Below, one piece after another: positions 44,083 through 57,903 of a stretch of DNA of 64,000 nt. The notes beneath the pieces were generated by a model. The model was not told the DNA's origin. It did no database searches and saw only the letters and a program-made list of their open reading frames with translations. Each line of letters begins with the position of its first letter. Position 1 is the first letter of the stretch. The position numbers and the translations under genes were made by a program. Where the stretch lies: contig NW_026515670.1 of the NCBI RefSeq assembly GCF_025526975.1, positions 186,001-250,000 of the forward strand, written 5' to 3'. Source of the stretch: Fimicolochytrium jonesii. Its lineage: Eukaryota.

Positions 44083-45103
44083 TCACCCGATGACATCGCA
44101 GGCGTTGCATGAGCTGCACAGGATCAGCAGGCCTGTTTCTTCGTGGAAGCTGAAGAGGGGGTGGCCTGGGCACGCTTGGCTAAATCCGCGGGGGGCGCAA
44201 GTCCAGTCAGAAAAGTGGGGTGATTGAAGAAAGGAGGATGCCAACACCACTCACGCATGATTCGACGCAAGCGTCTGCACCTGCGCGACCATCTCCTCCG
44301 CGCTCCGCATATGCGCCGCACACCCGATCCGCACATCGCAGCCCGAACACGCAATCGCGGTGCCATCGCTGCCCAGAGTGCCCTTCTGACACACAAAGCA
44401 CGTGGTATCCGCCCCGCCGCCGGCCGTGAGATACGTGGGGTTGACGTCCTCCTCGGTAAGGGACAGCTCGTACGCCCGCAGCAGCTCTTCGTCGTGGGAT
44501 GAGAGGGAGGAGGAGAGTTCGTGGAGGATCTCGTCTTCCAGGTCGGGGGTTAGGTCGCCGAGGGTCGCGGCGGCGCGACGGAAGTGGTCCCATTGGTTCG
44601 TTATGAAGGCTTTTGTTAACTGGAGGATACAGAGACGTTGGGTTAGCCACCTTTGTAAAGATGCGAGGGGATGAAATGATACCCTCGCTCGCGACAAGGA
44701 TGGTGGGCGAGGTGTGAATATAAACGATTGTTGGCTGTCGCGCACAGTTCAAGACAGAGGCTCGCTTGAAAAAGTACGATAGTTCGCTGCTCGCTCACAT
44801 TTATTGCTCGCCCCCGCGTGCGCCTACCTGCTGCTCAACGACATCACCAAACCTCCTCCTCTGCTCCTGCGCCTCCTCCGAGTCTCCCGCAAGTGGACTC
44901 GCGATATGGCCAAACCGCCGCCTCCTAATTTCCGCCTGCCTCGAGTTTCGTAGTGACGTGAGACACTGCTGCTTGAACTTATCCCTCCAAGCGAGCGTCG
45001 TAGGAGAAAACCCGTTTACCGGCGTTGGAGCCGGAGTGCTGAAGGAGTGGGAGGGAAAGGAGCGGACTTGCTTGACGGGAGTGCGGTGGGTGTGGGATGA
45101 CAT
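44083..45103 (-). CDS. RPAIN: RPA-interacting protein (multi-exon)
   Basis: WRDKFKQQCLTSLRNSR N-terminal motif, acidic middle, C-terminal CFVC..CSGC..H..C..CSSC zinc finger. Confidence 0.8.
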
Positions 45104-45377
45104 TGTTGCTTGGGGTGTTTACGCTGTGAAGGGGGTTTCGGAGGGAAAAAGGGGAGAAAAGAGGGAAACGCGTCCGAAAGCAAAACGCCCGTCGGACAAG
45201 CGACTCGCAGAGGGAGGTGTGACTTTTCCACAGAACGCTTCCGCACCCAACACAAAACTGGTCCAACAGCAACGGCAACCGGCTCCCCTTCATATGGACA
45301 ACGCTAGCTCTCGCTTATAAGCCCCTCAGCAACCTCAGCTTCTCCAACGTAAAAGTTCGACCAGAATACCAGAAAAC

Positions 45378-47280
45378 ATGGGGGGTAAGTCTCACCTTCA
45401 ACTCACGCCGTTCACATGTCACTCTTGCCGCTAACACAAAGCTTCCTCGCTCTCAACATATAGCCACCGCCACTTGCCGCTACTACTCCCTCGGGTCGTG
45501 CACGAAGCGGGATTGCACCTTCGCCCACGATCGCGACGGAGAGAAGCCTGTCTGTCGTTGTAAGTGCAAGCTCATGGTTTTTCTGTATGTTCTCAAAACG
45601 ACGCACGTTTGGTGTTTCTCGCACTGACGGTATAAACCCTGTGCAGATTATCAGCAAGGCGAATGCCGCTTTGGGAACTTTTGCGCTTTTCAGCATACCA
45701 AAGTGCGTCCACCGACAACAACAACGGCAACGGCAACGGCTGCGACGGGGGCGAAATTTGGTGTGGCTAGCGCACCTTGTGTCCCCTCCGCACAGGCTCC
45801 CACATCGCCCGCGACATCGACTCCAACGCCAGCAGCGCTGCGAACAGCGTCTTTCTCATCAGCACCATCACCATCAGCAGCAGCAGCAGGGCCTTCCTCG
45901 GCGGATAGACCTGTCAGACCGCCAGTGCCAATAAAGTTTGCAGCACCAGCAAGGACCACTGTCCCAGTAAAGACGGCCACACCACCGCCGACAACCTCAA
46001 TTCCAGCAAAGCGCGTCCTCTCAACCAGACCGCTCATCTCGTCCTCTGCAGGCCTATCCAGCGCGACCCAATTCCTCAGATCCGCCCAAAAAAGTCCCCA
46101 AAACACGGACATACAAACTGATCTAGCAGATCGCATGAACCGGGTAGGCATCTCCACCTCCACACCCCGTTATGAAGACGACGACGACGCAGAGCACTAT
46201 TTTCGCAACCCGGACGTCATCTACGGCGTCCACGACACTATCTCAACATCCGACCCCGAAAGCCCGCCCTCCTCCCCGGAACCCACCGATTTCTCATACT
46301 CCTCCATCGCACGGAGTAACGTCCTCATCCCCGACGGGGTAGAGGCGTTCTACCCATCCAAACACCACGAGGGCGATGCACAGCCTGAGGAACGCGAACC
46401 CCTGTGCCCGTTCGCGATGCAGGGCCGGTGTCGGTATGGCGAGCATTGTCGGTATAGACATGGGGACGCGTGTCCTGTTTGTGGGAAGATGTGTTTGGAT
46501 CCTTTGGATGGGGTGGAGGTTCATCAAGGTGGGTCAAATAAACCCGTCGTGCCCCTTGCGTACTTTGGGGTGGTCTTGTTGACTTTTGCATGTCCATCCG
46601 TGAACAGAACACATCAAGCAATGCGAACAGGAACAGCATAACCGGGTAGACCTCGCTGCCGCGGCCTCGGCGTCGGAGGAGATGGACTGTGTGGTGTGCA
46701 TGGAGACGGTGCTGCAGAAACCGGACCCGCGGTTTGGATTGCTGGGTATGGTCTTCGTCATCATTACAATTCTCAGTACTTTTTCATCGGTGTCTGACAT
46801 TGGGCGGTGAATTTTCGTAGATTGCGAGCACTGCGTCTGCCTAGACTGCATCCGAAAATGGCGTACAAACGAGCGTATGGACACCGCCAAGGTAAAACTC
46901 CCCCTCCCCTCCCTCTTCCCCACCCCCACAACTAACCAACCCCATCTCATTTATAGTCCTGTCCAATCTGCCGCACAACCACGCACGTCGTAACCCCCTC
47001 TACCACCTGGCCCCTCACCCCCCATCACAAACAATCCATCATACAAACCTACAAATCCCGCCTCAACACCATCGACTGCAAACACTACGCCCACGGAACC
47101 GGAACATGTCCATTCGGGACCAGTTGTTTGTACCGACATGTTGGGGTAGATGGGGTGGAGGAGAAGGTTAGGTTGAGGCGGGTTGTTGGGGCGGGAGGGG
47201 AAGAGCAGGGGGAGGAGGTGAGAATTTTGGGAGGGGTGATGTTGGTGGATTTTTTGGAGAGGTGGGAGGGGCGCAGGTAG
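45378..47280 (+). CDS. MKRN: Makorin-family CCCH/RING E3 ligase (multi-exon; start approximate)
   Basis: CPFAMQGRCRYGEHCRYRHG, CVVCMETV..RFGLL, CEHCVCLDCIRKWR, CPICR, CKHYAHGTGTCPFGTSCLYRH. Confidence 0.9.
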
Positions 47281-48797
47281 GGGTGTCAGGATTGTGGGTT
47301 TGGTTTTATATAGAATGCTTCTCTCTCTCTTTGATATCCTTAGGTTTGGTAAGATAGATGCGGGGTTTTTTTTAAGGGGGATACCATCATTTTTCACATA
47401 GATTTTTTTTTGTCATTTTCCATTTTTTTCATCCCTTCTCGTTATTAGTTGTTTGTCTTCAACACTGCTGAAAATGCTCAGGGGTCTGTTCGCTCTTACC
47501 CTCGCTTCGACGCGCGGCATTGCTCATGCTGGCCACCTGCTTCTATCGCCCCGCCGCTCTGCATGCTGTCCGCACATCCATTGTCAGCACCGATAAGGCG
47601 CGCTATTCCCGTCGCCAGCTGCGAGGGGCCCTTCCGCCACCCCCGGGCCCACTGGACATATGGCGGTCCGCTAATTAGAGGCGCAATCTAACGCGCCATC
47701 TCCCGCGCCCGGAGAGATTCCGCGTGAGGCATCCACATTCTCCTTCTCGTTCACCTTTACCCCCCATTCCTTCCTTCCATGTTAGCATTCTCCATAATCA
47801 CGCTCTCTGCAACCACCCTCATTCTTCTGGGTGTAGCAGCGGGTCGTGTAGGCGCAAGCCGTCAAGTTAGGAGCAAGGCCGTCAATCCGGCCCGAAGTAG
47901 CCCATCAGTTCCTCTCGGCGCATTGCTCTTAGCTAACGCGTTCCGATGGTATGGCAAATGGACATGATCTTTTCTTTGCTCAAGTTCTGCTCGAGAAGCT
48001 GCCAACTCTTACTCCTGCTCTCTTCCACCTCTTTGATCTTCTGGAAGTCGGCGCTCTATGATTGTTTGAGGGCGAATACATTGCTTCGTCATTTAGGCAC
48101 CAGCCACCGATCATTTTGCTACTGTGGGAGGAATAGGCATGGGTTTTGGCGAAGCGCTAGTCACAACCAAATTTCCGTCAGTGGAGCTTGGGCGAGACCA
48201 ACAGCCTCCGGGAATTCTTTAAGCAACGGTGAGAGAAAGGAAAATATAAGCATGAGGGAGCAAGGGGACTTTACAACAAGGGAAAAGAATGAAGGATGGA
48301 CACGCATTCAAGGAGGGAAGAGGGATTGTAAGTCTCCGTGGTAAGGAGGATGGAAGGGCTTAATTGTCCCTTGCAAGATTCAAAGGAGTGGTACAGGGGC
48401 CATCCCGTCGGAACCTGTCGAAAATGGATCACGTAACACGCGTATCGCTGGATTGCAGATGGTAGCGAAACAAGAGACGAAGTTGGGTCCGTTCTGCTCC
48501 GTACGCAGGACACCAACAGTGTCCCACACTCCCTGAGGTCGACATACCGTCATATCGGCATGCTTTTCAAGCACTATTTCAGAGCCCAGAAAAGGAATTC
48601 CTCCAATCTTCCCAGCCCACTCTCCAACACGTGAAGAAGGTAGGTAGTGCGGGTTTGATCGCAGGTTGAAAGGGGTTGGTATGCACATGTAGTTCTAGAT
48701 ACGCTTTGGTCCTAGTTCACAACACGAAAAGCTGTTCCGACAGTTGGCGTATGTTCTAGCGGATTGAGCATGTCATTTATGAAATATCCAGTTTAAT

Positions 48798-48902
48798 TTC
48801 TAAACTGAAATGAACCAGGTATATGAAACTCTGGATGCAAATGGATATCTTCTAAACTGAAGTGAACGAAGTATATGAAACCCCGGATGTAAATGGGTAT
48901 CT
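48798..48902. repeat. 52-bp imperfect tandem duplication
   Basis: TTCTAAACTGAA.TGAAC.A.GTATATGAAAC.C.GGATG.AAATGG.TATCT twice. Confidence 0.85.
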
Positions 48903-49025
48903 ACATAACACCTAACCCTACACATCCAGGCCTAGTCAAAGCTCCTATTCAAAAAACAAAAACAAACAGCTACCAAAGTCACCTGAAACATGGCAATATC
49001 GCATATGAATGTCAAACAAACCACT

Positions 49026-52000
49026 TCATCCGCCGGGATTGGCGGTACCGGGAGTGGTTGCCTCTTGCATCTCCCCACGCAGACTTCGCTTCTTCTTCAA
49101 AAACAGCCAGAGCGCCGCGGCAGACGCAAGCGATGCCCCGCCAGCGGCGCCGGCTATCGCGTATGTTGTGGTTTGCGTCATCGTTGTCGTCCCAGCTGTG
49201 CCGCCCACCTTTAGACTTGGGTCGTTGATGGCTGTGGCAGGGCTGGTGGACTCGCTGCTGGTGGACTTGCTGGTGGTGGACTTGCTGGTGGTAGCGGTGG
49301 CAGGTTCAGTGTTAGCGTCAGGACTACCGCTGGTTCTAGTGCCAGTGCCCACGCCCCCGGCTCCAGCATCGGTCATCGCCACCCCAGCGCTATATGTAGT
49401 GGTGCGTGCGGGACGGCTGGATGTGGTGCTAGGGGACTGAGCGCTAGGGGGCTGACCCACCGTGATACTGACGGTTTTCGAGGCAGTGCCGTCCGATACC
49501 TCCAACCTTACCGTCGCATCCCCACCCGCCGGCTGCGAATAATCCCAAACCACCTCCACATAGCCGCTGTCGATATCACTCTGCGTGAACGTGCCGCCCG
49601 CCTGCAGCTGCCTCCCAGCATCCAAAATCTTCACCCACGCGTCGAAGCCCACGATGGTGTAGACGATGGGTCCCACGGGTTCCCCGAGACTGGTGCATGA
49701 GAGCACGAAGGGGATCAAGGGGTAGTAAAGTTGGGAGCCCCATGGGGTTAGGGTTTGGGTGCCGACACAGGAAATGCCGCCGTGGATGTTGATTGGGAGC
49801 GTGGTGGTGAAGCTCGAATAGACGCCGTCGGATACCTGCAGCCTCAGGCTTGTGCTGCCGTATGAATGGTCGGTGGTTTCGATGAGGATGATCCCGTCGA
49901 GCAAGTCGTCGACGGTGATCTCGTCGCCTACCATCAAATTGGTCAAGATATGGGCGGAGGAGTCGACTGCGACGCCGGTGGAGGTGTTTAGTGCCGCTGT
50001 GATGGCTCGTCTGTGGACCGACAGGTTGAATTCCGGAAGTCTTTGAATCGTTATTTTTACACCGTAGTTGAGACTGCCAATGATGGTCGCACCGCCGTCG
50101 AAGGTCAAATTGAGGTGCGTGGGCAGCAGTGCCGAACTTCCAGGTGTCAGCATCGTCAGCGTGCCAGCCGACAGAGTGGGTGCCTGAACACCGTACACAA
50201 CGAGCGTCTTCTTTGCCACGATCGATCTCTGAGCGTACTCCGACAGGGTCTCCAACACCATCTCTTTCCGGCCTGGCGTAGCGACTATGCTAAGGATGTT
50301 ACCCGCCCATGCCTCGGTGCGTGTATAGGCGCGCGGTCCTGCAAGCGACGCAATCTGATAGTGCAAGGGGCCCTTCGCATTCAGGCCGAACACGGTGGCA
50401 TCTACTTCCGTCGCTGTCAGATCGGCCCCATCAATAACGAACGGGGCTTTGACAGCCACAGCAATCGGCGCATCACGGAGCCATACCAACGGAGCCTTGA
50501 CAACGAAGGTATATGACACCGGCACAGGGTCTGTTCCTCCGTCCGTCACCGACAGGGTCAAGACGCTCGATCCCCACGTTGGGTTTGAAGTCCCGACAGT
50601 CACGAGCAGGGTTGCTGTATCTGTTTCTGTAAAGTTGTCGCCCACGGTCAGTGGCGTACCCATGATGGTGCCGTTGGCGTTTTGTCGCTGGAAGGTGAGC
50701 GTCCCGGTTGTGTCTAGAGACGCGACCTGGAAGGACAAAGTTTTGTTCGCGTCGGGCTTGACGATCTGAAAGTCACGGGTGAACGACTCGCCGGGCAGAA
50801 GGACGGCCGCAGTGACTTTTGTCTATGCAGTGTAGGGGAAGAAGTTAGTCCCATGATTCCCCGATCGAATGGAATTGACAAGTCCCCTACATATGGAATC
50901 TTCCCGAACTCTAAGATGAGCAAGCCTTCCCCAGTGTGGTACCCGTCTGATATCTCGAAGTATACATAATAGTTCCAGGTTGCCTCCGGCGACGTCGGAA
51001 TATGTCTCACCTTTAGATTCCCGTCGTTGATGTCATCCTGTGTCCACACCGTGGACGCAAGCATAACGGAGGACCAAACCGTCGTCAATCCATCAGGCCC
51101 GATCCGTTGCAGCTCGAGCGCAAAGCCCAAATCATACGTTGGTAAATCGTATTTGAGACGGTACGTCACCGTCTGGCCCGTCAGTTCACCTTTCGGGACA
51201 TACGCGTACAGGGCCGCGGACGAGACGACGGCGCTTTTGTTGAAGGGCGTGACGATGTGAACTCCCGCAGGATCGATGTCGTTGCGAAATTGGTATTTCC
51301 CATACAACTGGATTCCAAAATGGAACGGACCGACGACGTTGTGCGCGTCGGACACCATGTAATCGAATCCATCGAGCCCGGACCCAACATCCACGGATCT
51401 GTACTGGACCTGGTTGGCCCTGTCAGACATCATCAGGTCCGCGACGGAGAATGTATATCGGCACGGCGACACTGGCGCGGTGCACGGCATGCTGAAGTTG
51501 CATGTGCAATACGTGGCGTTGTAAATCGGTGTCGACGTCCTGCCTTGCCATGAAAACATGGAGTATGCCAGGCTGCCGACTCTGGGACTCACCACGACGG
51601 TGATTAGGCTAAGCTGATTGTTGTCGGCGACATAAAGGTATTGGCTCGAAATTGGGGTCCATTGGTCGATTTGCCCCCAGTTGACAGCTAGGGTCTGGTT
51701 AACAGTTACTCGCGGCATATCGTCAATGTAGATCATAAACGGGGCCGCCGGGACGGTCCATATGCCGTCGGTGATCTGGTATGTGAAATTGAACGTGGGG
51801 GGTGTGGGCGAGGGGTATGTGGACGGCAATCGGACTCGAAGCCAGTTCCGTCCCACGTCGGCCATCGTCCAGTTCGTCGCCGTTACCCAGCTGCCCGTGG
51901 CATTGTCGTAAGACTCCACGACGCCCTCGGACGGCTGGCTGAGGAGCGTGAACGCCAACGTGTCTGTCGTGTTGTCCAGATCGAGCCACGAGAGCGCCGA

Positions 52001-55000
52001 GGTCGGTATCAAGCCTCCCTTGGCGGCGTAGCCGAATGTCACCTCGTTGTTTTGCACGTACGGGCGGGACTGATACTGGAAAACGTATGATATCCATTGC
52101 GACGGGTTCAAGTTGTCAGTGACTTCCAGCTGGAAGGTTTCTGTCTTGCCAGTAAGGCCCGCCTGGTATCTTTGCATAATCAGCCCGGCCGCAACCGAGT
52201 TTTGGGAATAACTGCCGCTCAACATGCTGTACGACGTGTCGAACCAGTACATCGTCCAGGAATATGGAGGCACCTTCCACGTGATGCTACCGGGCGGGAA
52301 CCAGGATACGGCCTTCGTATACTGTTTGTCGATAAAGCAGGAAAAAACGTTTATATCCTTCCTCGCGGTATCACAGAGGATGACTTTGGGGACCGTGGGG
52401 AGAATCAGAGGCGGTATGAACGTGATGTTAGAAAACCCGGGAACAGGCGCGTTCAGACCGTCCAACACCATGTATGTGAACGTCAGCGAGAGCGGCTGCA
52501 GAGACTGGGTGGCTAGACCAGAAGCCGCGAAGAGCGAGTTCATGTTGGTGTACGTCCATCCGTCTCCGGGCGTCAGCATCGTGCCGTTCAACGTGAGGTT
52601 GCCGCCGACGGGCACGCTCGTCAGCACGAACGAGAGATCCTGCGGCCCGTCGGGGTCGGACCAGGACAGCAGGTCGGCTGTGAGCTGGCGAGTTGGCGAG
52701 GTGGGGTACGACGCCAAAGTGCTGTTGTATAATTGCGACGGGGCCACGTTGTGGAAACTTATGGTGAAAGAGCCATTGATTGCCGTGCTGAGAGTGCGTC
52801 AGTTTCAGTTTCCGCCCAACATCTGCAACAAAGGATTGGTCACATACCCAACTCCATCGGAAAGCGTGAAGTTGAACGAATCTGTAACATTGATAGGCCG
52901 GTTGTCCCTGAGATGCGTATATCGCACCTGTCCCGCGTCCAACATCGCCTGCGTAAACACCTTAGCCGACAAATCTCCCCGTCCAGGTTTTGTCGTCACA
53001 TTGTACAGAAAAGCGGACCGATTGAATACAGATGTACTGGACACATTCAGGGACGAGTTCCTAATATCCGCGCCAGAGTACCAATTGACCACCAAAGGGA
53101 CGTTTGTCGTGATGGTTGGGAACAGGTGATAGCGCACCTTGAAACCGATCGTCGCTTGGCTGAGTGGACTAGCGGCGGTTAGGTTCCACACAAAGATGTC
53201 TTCGGCGGGTGCGGTTCGGGTCACCCGGACAAACTGCTGGTTGACTTCATCTTGCGTGAATATCCCGTTTACAGGAACTTGGATCCACAATCCCGCCCGG
53301 AAGACCTCGAAGAACAGCGAGCCGGGGGGAAGTGTCGTGCCGGTCACGGTGTAGGTGAGTGCAGCAGGACCCGTATCAGTGGACGACACCAGGAGGTTCG
53401 AGGATGAGAGAACAGATGTCTGCTTTCCGCCGGTCACGGCGCTTAGAACTACGTATTGATTCACAGGCACCACCGGCGCTGGGACGATCGTCATGTTCAG
53501 CGTGATCGGAACCGGGTGGGTGTCGATAAGGTCTTTGATGGTGAATTGGATGATCTCGGGTCCGAGGTAGGTGTTATTCGGCGCCGCGGTATACCTGAGT
53601 AAGGTGTGACCAAAGGAATAACACATGATATTGCTTGGGGACGCGGATACTTACCTGATATTCTTAGTATTCAGATCGCTCTGTGTCCAAGTGGTGACGC
53701 AGCCCCACCTTCCTGCAGTCCACTTCTCAATGCAGCCATGAAGCAGCGGCACTGCAGTCAATGCAAAGGTGATGTTGAACGGTGAACTATCCGGATCAAC
53801 GGTTTGCAACGCATCAAGAACCAGGAACGATCCACGGGCACAAGACAGTGTGCCCACGGGCGGAAGATACGGTACCGCATTAACGTGAATCGGATAGTCG
53901 ATGTGGGAAACCTGCACGCTGTCGGAAAGGTCGAGGCCAAGCGTGGTGCTCCCGTTATAGGACGCTGAAGTCGTGTACTGCAATCTTCCATTCTGGATAT
54001 CGTCCTGCTTGAACTGGGACGAAACCGCCAGAGAGACATTACCGTTTAACAGCGTTCCTGAAGCGGGGAGTTTGGTAACGGTGTAGACAAGACTAGCAGC
54101 CGCCGCATACGAGCTCGTGGCAGAGACGTAAGTAGGAGAGAGTGTCACCGACCCGTTGAATGAGATCGTCAATCCTGTTAAGGTCACTCTGGGGGCAGCC
54201 ACATGGTTGACAGGCAATCTGGCAATGACTGCGGGATTGACACCATCCGACACAAACATTTCAAAGTACCCATAGCCGGTCTGCGAACTATCGAAGACGA
54301 TGCCGATGTTGCCAGCGTTGAAATCCGCCTGACTGAATGTTATTCCCGTAAAGTACGCGCTTGCCCATTGGCCGTTCCTGAATATCTGCAGATTCATGCC
54401 TATAGCAGAGGAGTACGCATATGGCGACATCCGGATCGCAGCCGGATCCCAAGTCTCGACGTCCGACGCGAGAAAGTAGGTGCTGTTGACGATTATCCGG
54501 TTAGACACCTGCGGTGCAGTGATGGTCTTTAGGGTAATCGTGGGCGGACCATCGGAGACGATCTGAATGGTGCCGGATGTGGGATCACTGCCTGGTTGCG
54601 AGGTGCCGATGACGTTGTAAGTGAACGATGCGTTTCCAACAAAGCCGCTGGGAACACCAATCTGGATTTGACGGAAAGCGACCTTGCTGAACGCGAACTC
54701 GTCTCCGACGGCCAACGGCATCCATCCCGTGCTGGTGAGCACACTCAGGACCACCGAATCGAGTGCTTTGATCGTGCATTTGATCTCGGTGAGGTTCCCG
54801 CTGGGGTCAGGATTTGCCAAACTGGACAACCCGAGAATCTTCGGCGCTGTGCCTTTCGGCCAGACCCATCTGACCGGCTTGGAAGCCCAGTTGGGGGTTG
54901 CGATCACCCCTTGCAAGGTGACTGGGACAGGCTTGACACCGTCCGTGACCGATAACGCCAACGAGAAACTGCCAGTAAAGCTTGCCACGGGAACGAAGTA

Positions 55001-56352
55001 AATTTTCCCAGCGGACACATCGGTCTGTCGGAATGTCGCTCCGTCGCCTAGAATGACTGCGTTAGACGATAAGTCTGGCGGCAGGACAAAAATGCTCCCA
55101 GTTCGACGGAAAGACGAATCGGTTACTGCCCATAACAGGTTGTCGGAACTTTCTTCTTGATCGGTGGCCCGGAGGAAAGCAGTGTCCAGCAGCACGGGCT
55201 GGTTTTGAGCGGTAAGCAGTGCTGCCGGAGTTGCGACAGTCGGCGCCCAATTCAACTTGATGCTGATTGAAAGGTACGGAACATAGTATTGGCTCCCATC
55301 TCGTATCTGTCAAATCGCCAAGTCATGAGTTTGGGATCCTTCTTCCTCACAGGCCAATGCGCTCGGCTCTCACGTACCGAACCACCGAAATACTTGCTGG
55401 TGCTGACGGGCGTGTATATGTACGTCTGAACGGGACCATTCGGATACCTTGGATTGGGGCTATAGTACCCGCCGTCACCCGTTTGGCCGACCGCAACGAA
55501 CGTCAGGTTCCCGTTGTTGATATCTGCTTGTGTGCATGTAGACGCCATGACACCGTTCATCGCAAAGTACCCAAACTGACTCGCTGTTGTTGGATCTCCC
55601 CCGAGTGTCCATACTGTGCCGTTGTCGCCCACTCGCTTTGAGGTGTATTGAAATATCTTGGGAGTGATGGTTGTAGCACCGTAGGCGCGGACCAGAACGG
55701 GATTGGGGAAGGGGGTCCAAGCGTAGGGATCCGTGCACGAAACCGTAACTCCAGCGAGAAACGGGGATGTCGCAATCGCACTGATTGAATTGACATATTG
55801 TTGCGATGGTTGGGATGAGCAACTTGTCGTACGCCAGGATGGGTAGGTCTGGGTCGTATACGTTCTTTGGCTGTAATAGCCGCTTGCATCATATTGTGAC
55901 AACTGGAAGGACAAGACCTGATTGGCGCACGTAGCCTGCACGGTTTCTAGTCCAACCATCCAGTACTTCCCGGAGCCCTGCTCGTCCATGGACAGACTGA
56001 CATTTACTGCAGAAATACGCGGTTAGCGCCGCACGTTCGGACCCATCTGAACATAGATTTGCATGCGACCTGACGTACCAGGGATTGTAGCGCTGTAGTT
56101 TCCGTACGTAGTACCACCCGTACAGGACAATCCCAACAGAGTATAACCTCCATTTTGCACATAACCTTTGATTCCATTGATGAAATGGCCTAATGGTTCT
56201 CGCCGGGTTAGCATCTCCCTTCTACATATAGAACACCACACCGGGCCACCCGAACCTGTAGGGCAAGTGAAATTGAACCCGCCGCTGCACTCGGCGTACA
56301 CCGCAGCAATGCTGCCAAGAAGCGCAACCGCGAAGACCAACAGTCTGAGCAT
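49026..56352 (-). CDS. Large type-I membrane protein with CSPG/cadherin-like (FRAS1/NG2-type) repeats (multi-exon, >2000 aa)
   Basis: Signal peptide MLRLLVFAVALLGSIAAVYA. Recurring (F/W)TQ.D(I/V)..G motifs with ..VSDG strands. S/T-rich stalk. TM segment followed by KKKR. The ORF junctions checked are bridged by in-frame GT-AG introns. Confidence 0.8.
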
Positions 56353-57708
56353 GTTGAATATCTTGCAAGTTCGGAACATTGTCAACGAGAGGCGGCAAAC
56401 CTGAAGCGGAAACTGAAGTTCAAGTCGCTTACGTGATGCGATTGACGATGCTTGACAGCGCGTTTGGCGTCATGTTTCGCGAAATTGCTATGGCGCAGAA
56501 ATGTCCTTCCAAGTCCCGCCCACCTCCCGCTCCGCCATAGTATATAAAAGGCCCCACCTGGTCTCGTCCACTCTCAGGTTCCTTTCGCCTCAGGAGTTTG
56601 TCTCACACAACTCTCTTTCGGGAGGTCGCGTAATAACGCGTTGCCTACTTAGTGGAATCTGGATGTGCTTTAGGTGTGTAAGTACGTCTCGGAGTGACCT
56701 GAATTTTGGTCAGGTTATTCTTTTAAACACGGCAGGGTAAACACGGCAGGAAGGTAAAATGCGCGTAAGGCAGCAGCTCGGCAGGTAAGTTTGCGGTGGG
56801 TAGCTAGGAAGGACCTACTTTGTTTCGTACAGTCACCATCAACATCTCTGGGTCTGGGGTTGAACCACTTGCGGGTTTGGGGGCGAATTTGGGTTTGGCA
56901 GGTAGGTGTACGTCGCTATTATATTCAGGGTTCAGCCTGGCGGATAGATATCCCTGGAATCGCCTGGATAATGCGCGTACCGCAAGGTAAGGACCAACCC
57001 ACCCGTACGTGCAGAAGTGCATGCCGACATGGACACTGGAAGCAGGAGCCATGTGCGAATGAGCAGGCTTGGGGGGCCCTTGCGGCGCTGCAGCGGATGC
57101 TTGTATGGCGACACCTTCGGCTTCAGCAATTCCCTCACAGCTTCAGTAGGGCCAGAATAAGGAAGCATAACGTGTTTGTGAGGAACCCCTTGTAGAACAT
57201 TTTGGGCCGAAAGATCCGGAATGTAATCGTTGATCCTGGAGGTCCCTACGTTTCACCTTTGCCTTTACCTTTGCCTGACCTTGCCTTTCATGAACCGCCG
57301 CTCAAATACCGACTTCGGCTTGGATGACCAACGATACCTCCATCTGGACGCCGACGGCACGTGGAAGCAACGTTGTGGTTTACGCAGGGAGCACGGGACC
57401 TGCACCGACGTGTGCCTTTTTGAAAAAGAACATGATCGGAAACGGAAGGCTATCTTGGACTACGACTTGGTGTGGGCTCCTTACTTCTCCTCACTGAAAC
57501 ATGGGAATCCGCATCTGGATCTGCGTCAAGCAGGAGCGATCCCTTCCTGATACAAGGTCCAGATACCGCCGCGTCGCAAGAATTCGAAGCATCGCAGCGT
57601 TTCCTGAGTTTAGCCTCTAGTTTCGACAGGACCGCTGATGATACTTCAGGAGAGGATACGTCTGCCCCCGGCAGGAGAAAAAAAAAACAAAACGACAGCA
57701 CCAGAGTT

Positions 57709-57780
57709 TGCCCCCTGCGTGGATCGAACACGCGACCTTCTGCTTACGAGGCAGACGCTATGCCACTTAGCTAAAGGGGC
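57709..57780 (-). tRNA. tRNA-Thr(CGT)
   Basis: GCCCCTTTAGCTAAGTGGCATAGCGTCTGCCTCGTAAGCAGAAGGTCGCGTGTTCGATCCACGCAGGGGGCA folds as a cloverleaf with anticodon loop CT-CGT-AA and TTCGA T-loop. Downstream T-run on the minus strand. Confidence 0.95.
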
Positions 57781-57903
57781 TCGATTACGTAATCTGCATG
57801 TAGTTCTAACTTGATATATGCAGTATCACTAGCGCTGGACAGTCTTTATCCTTCCTGCAAGGCTTCCCAGCTGGCCAATATCTCCAAAAGATGCCCAATT
57901 TCA

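Noticed and set aside
49026..56385. Six separate genes or a fragmented pseudogene
   Set aside because: The junctions examined (near 50.8 kb and 52.8 kb) are bridged by in-frame GT-AG introns, consistent with one gene.
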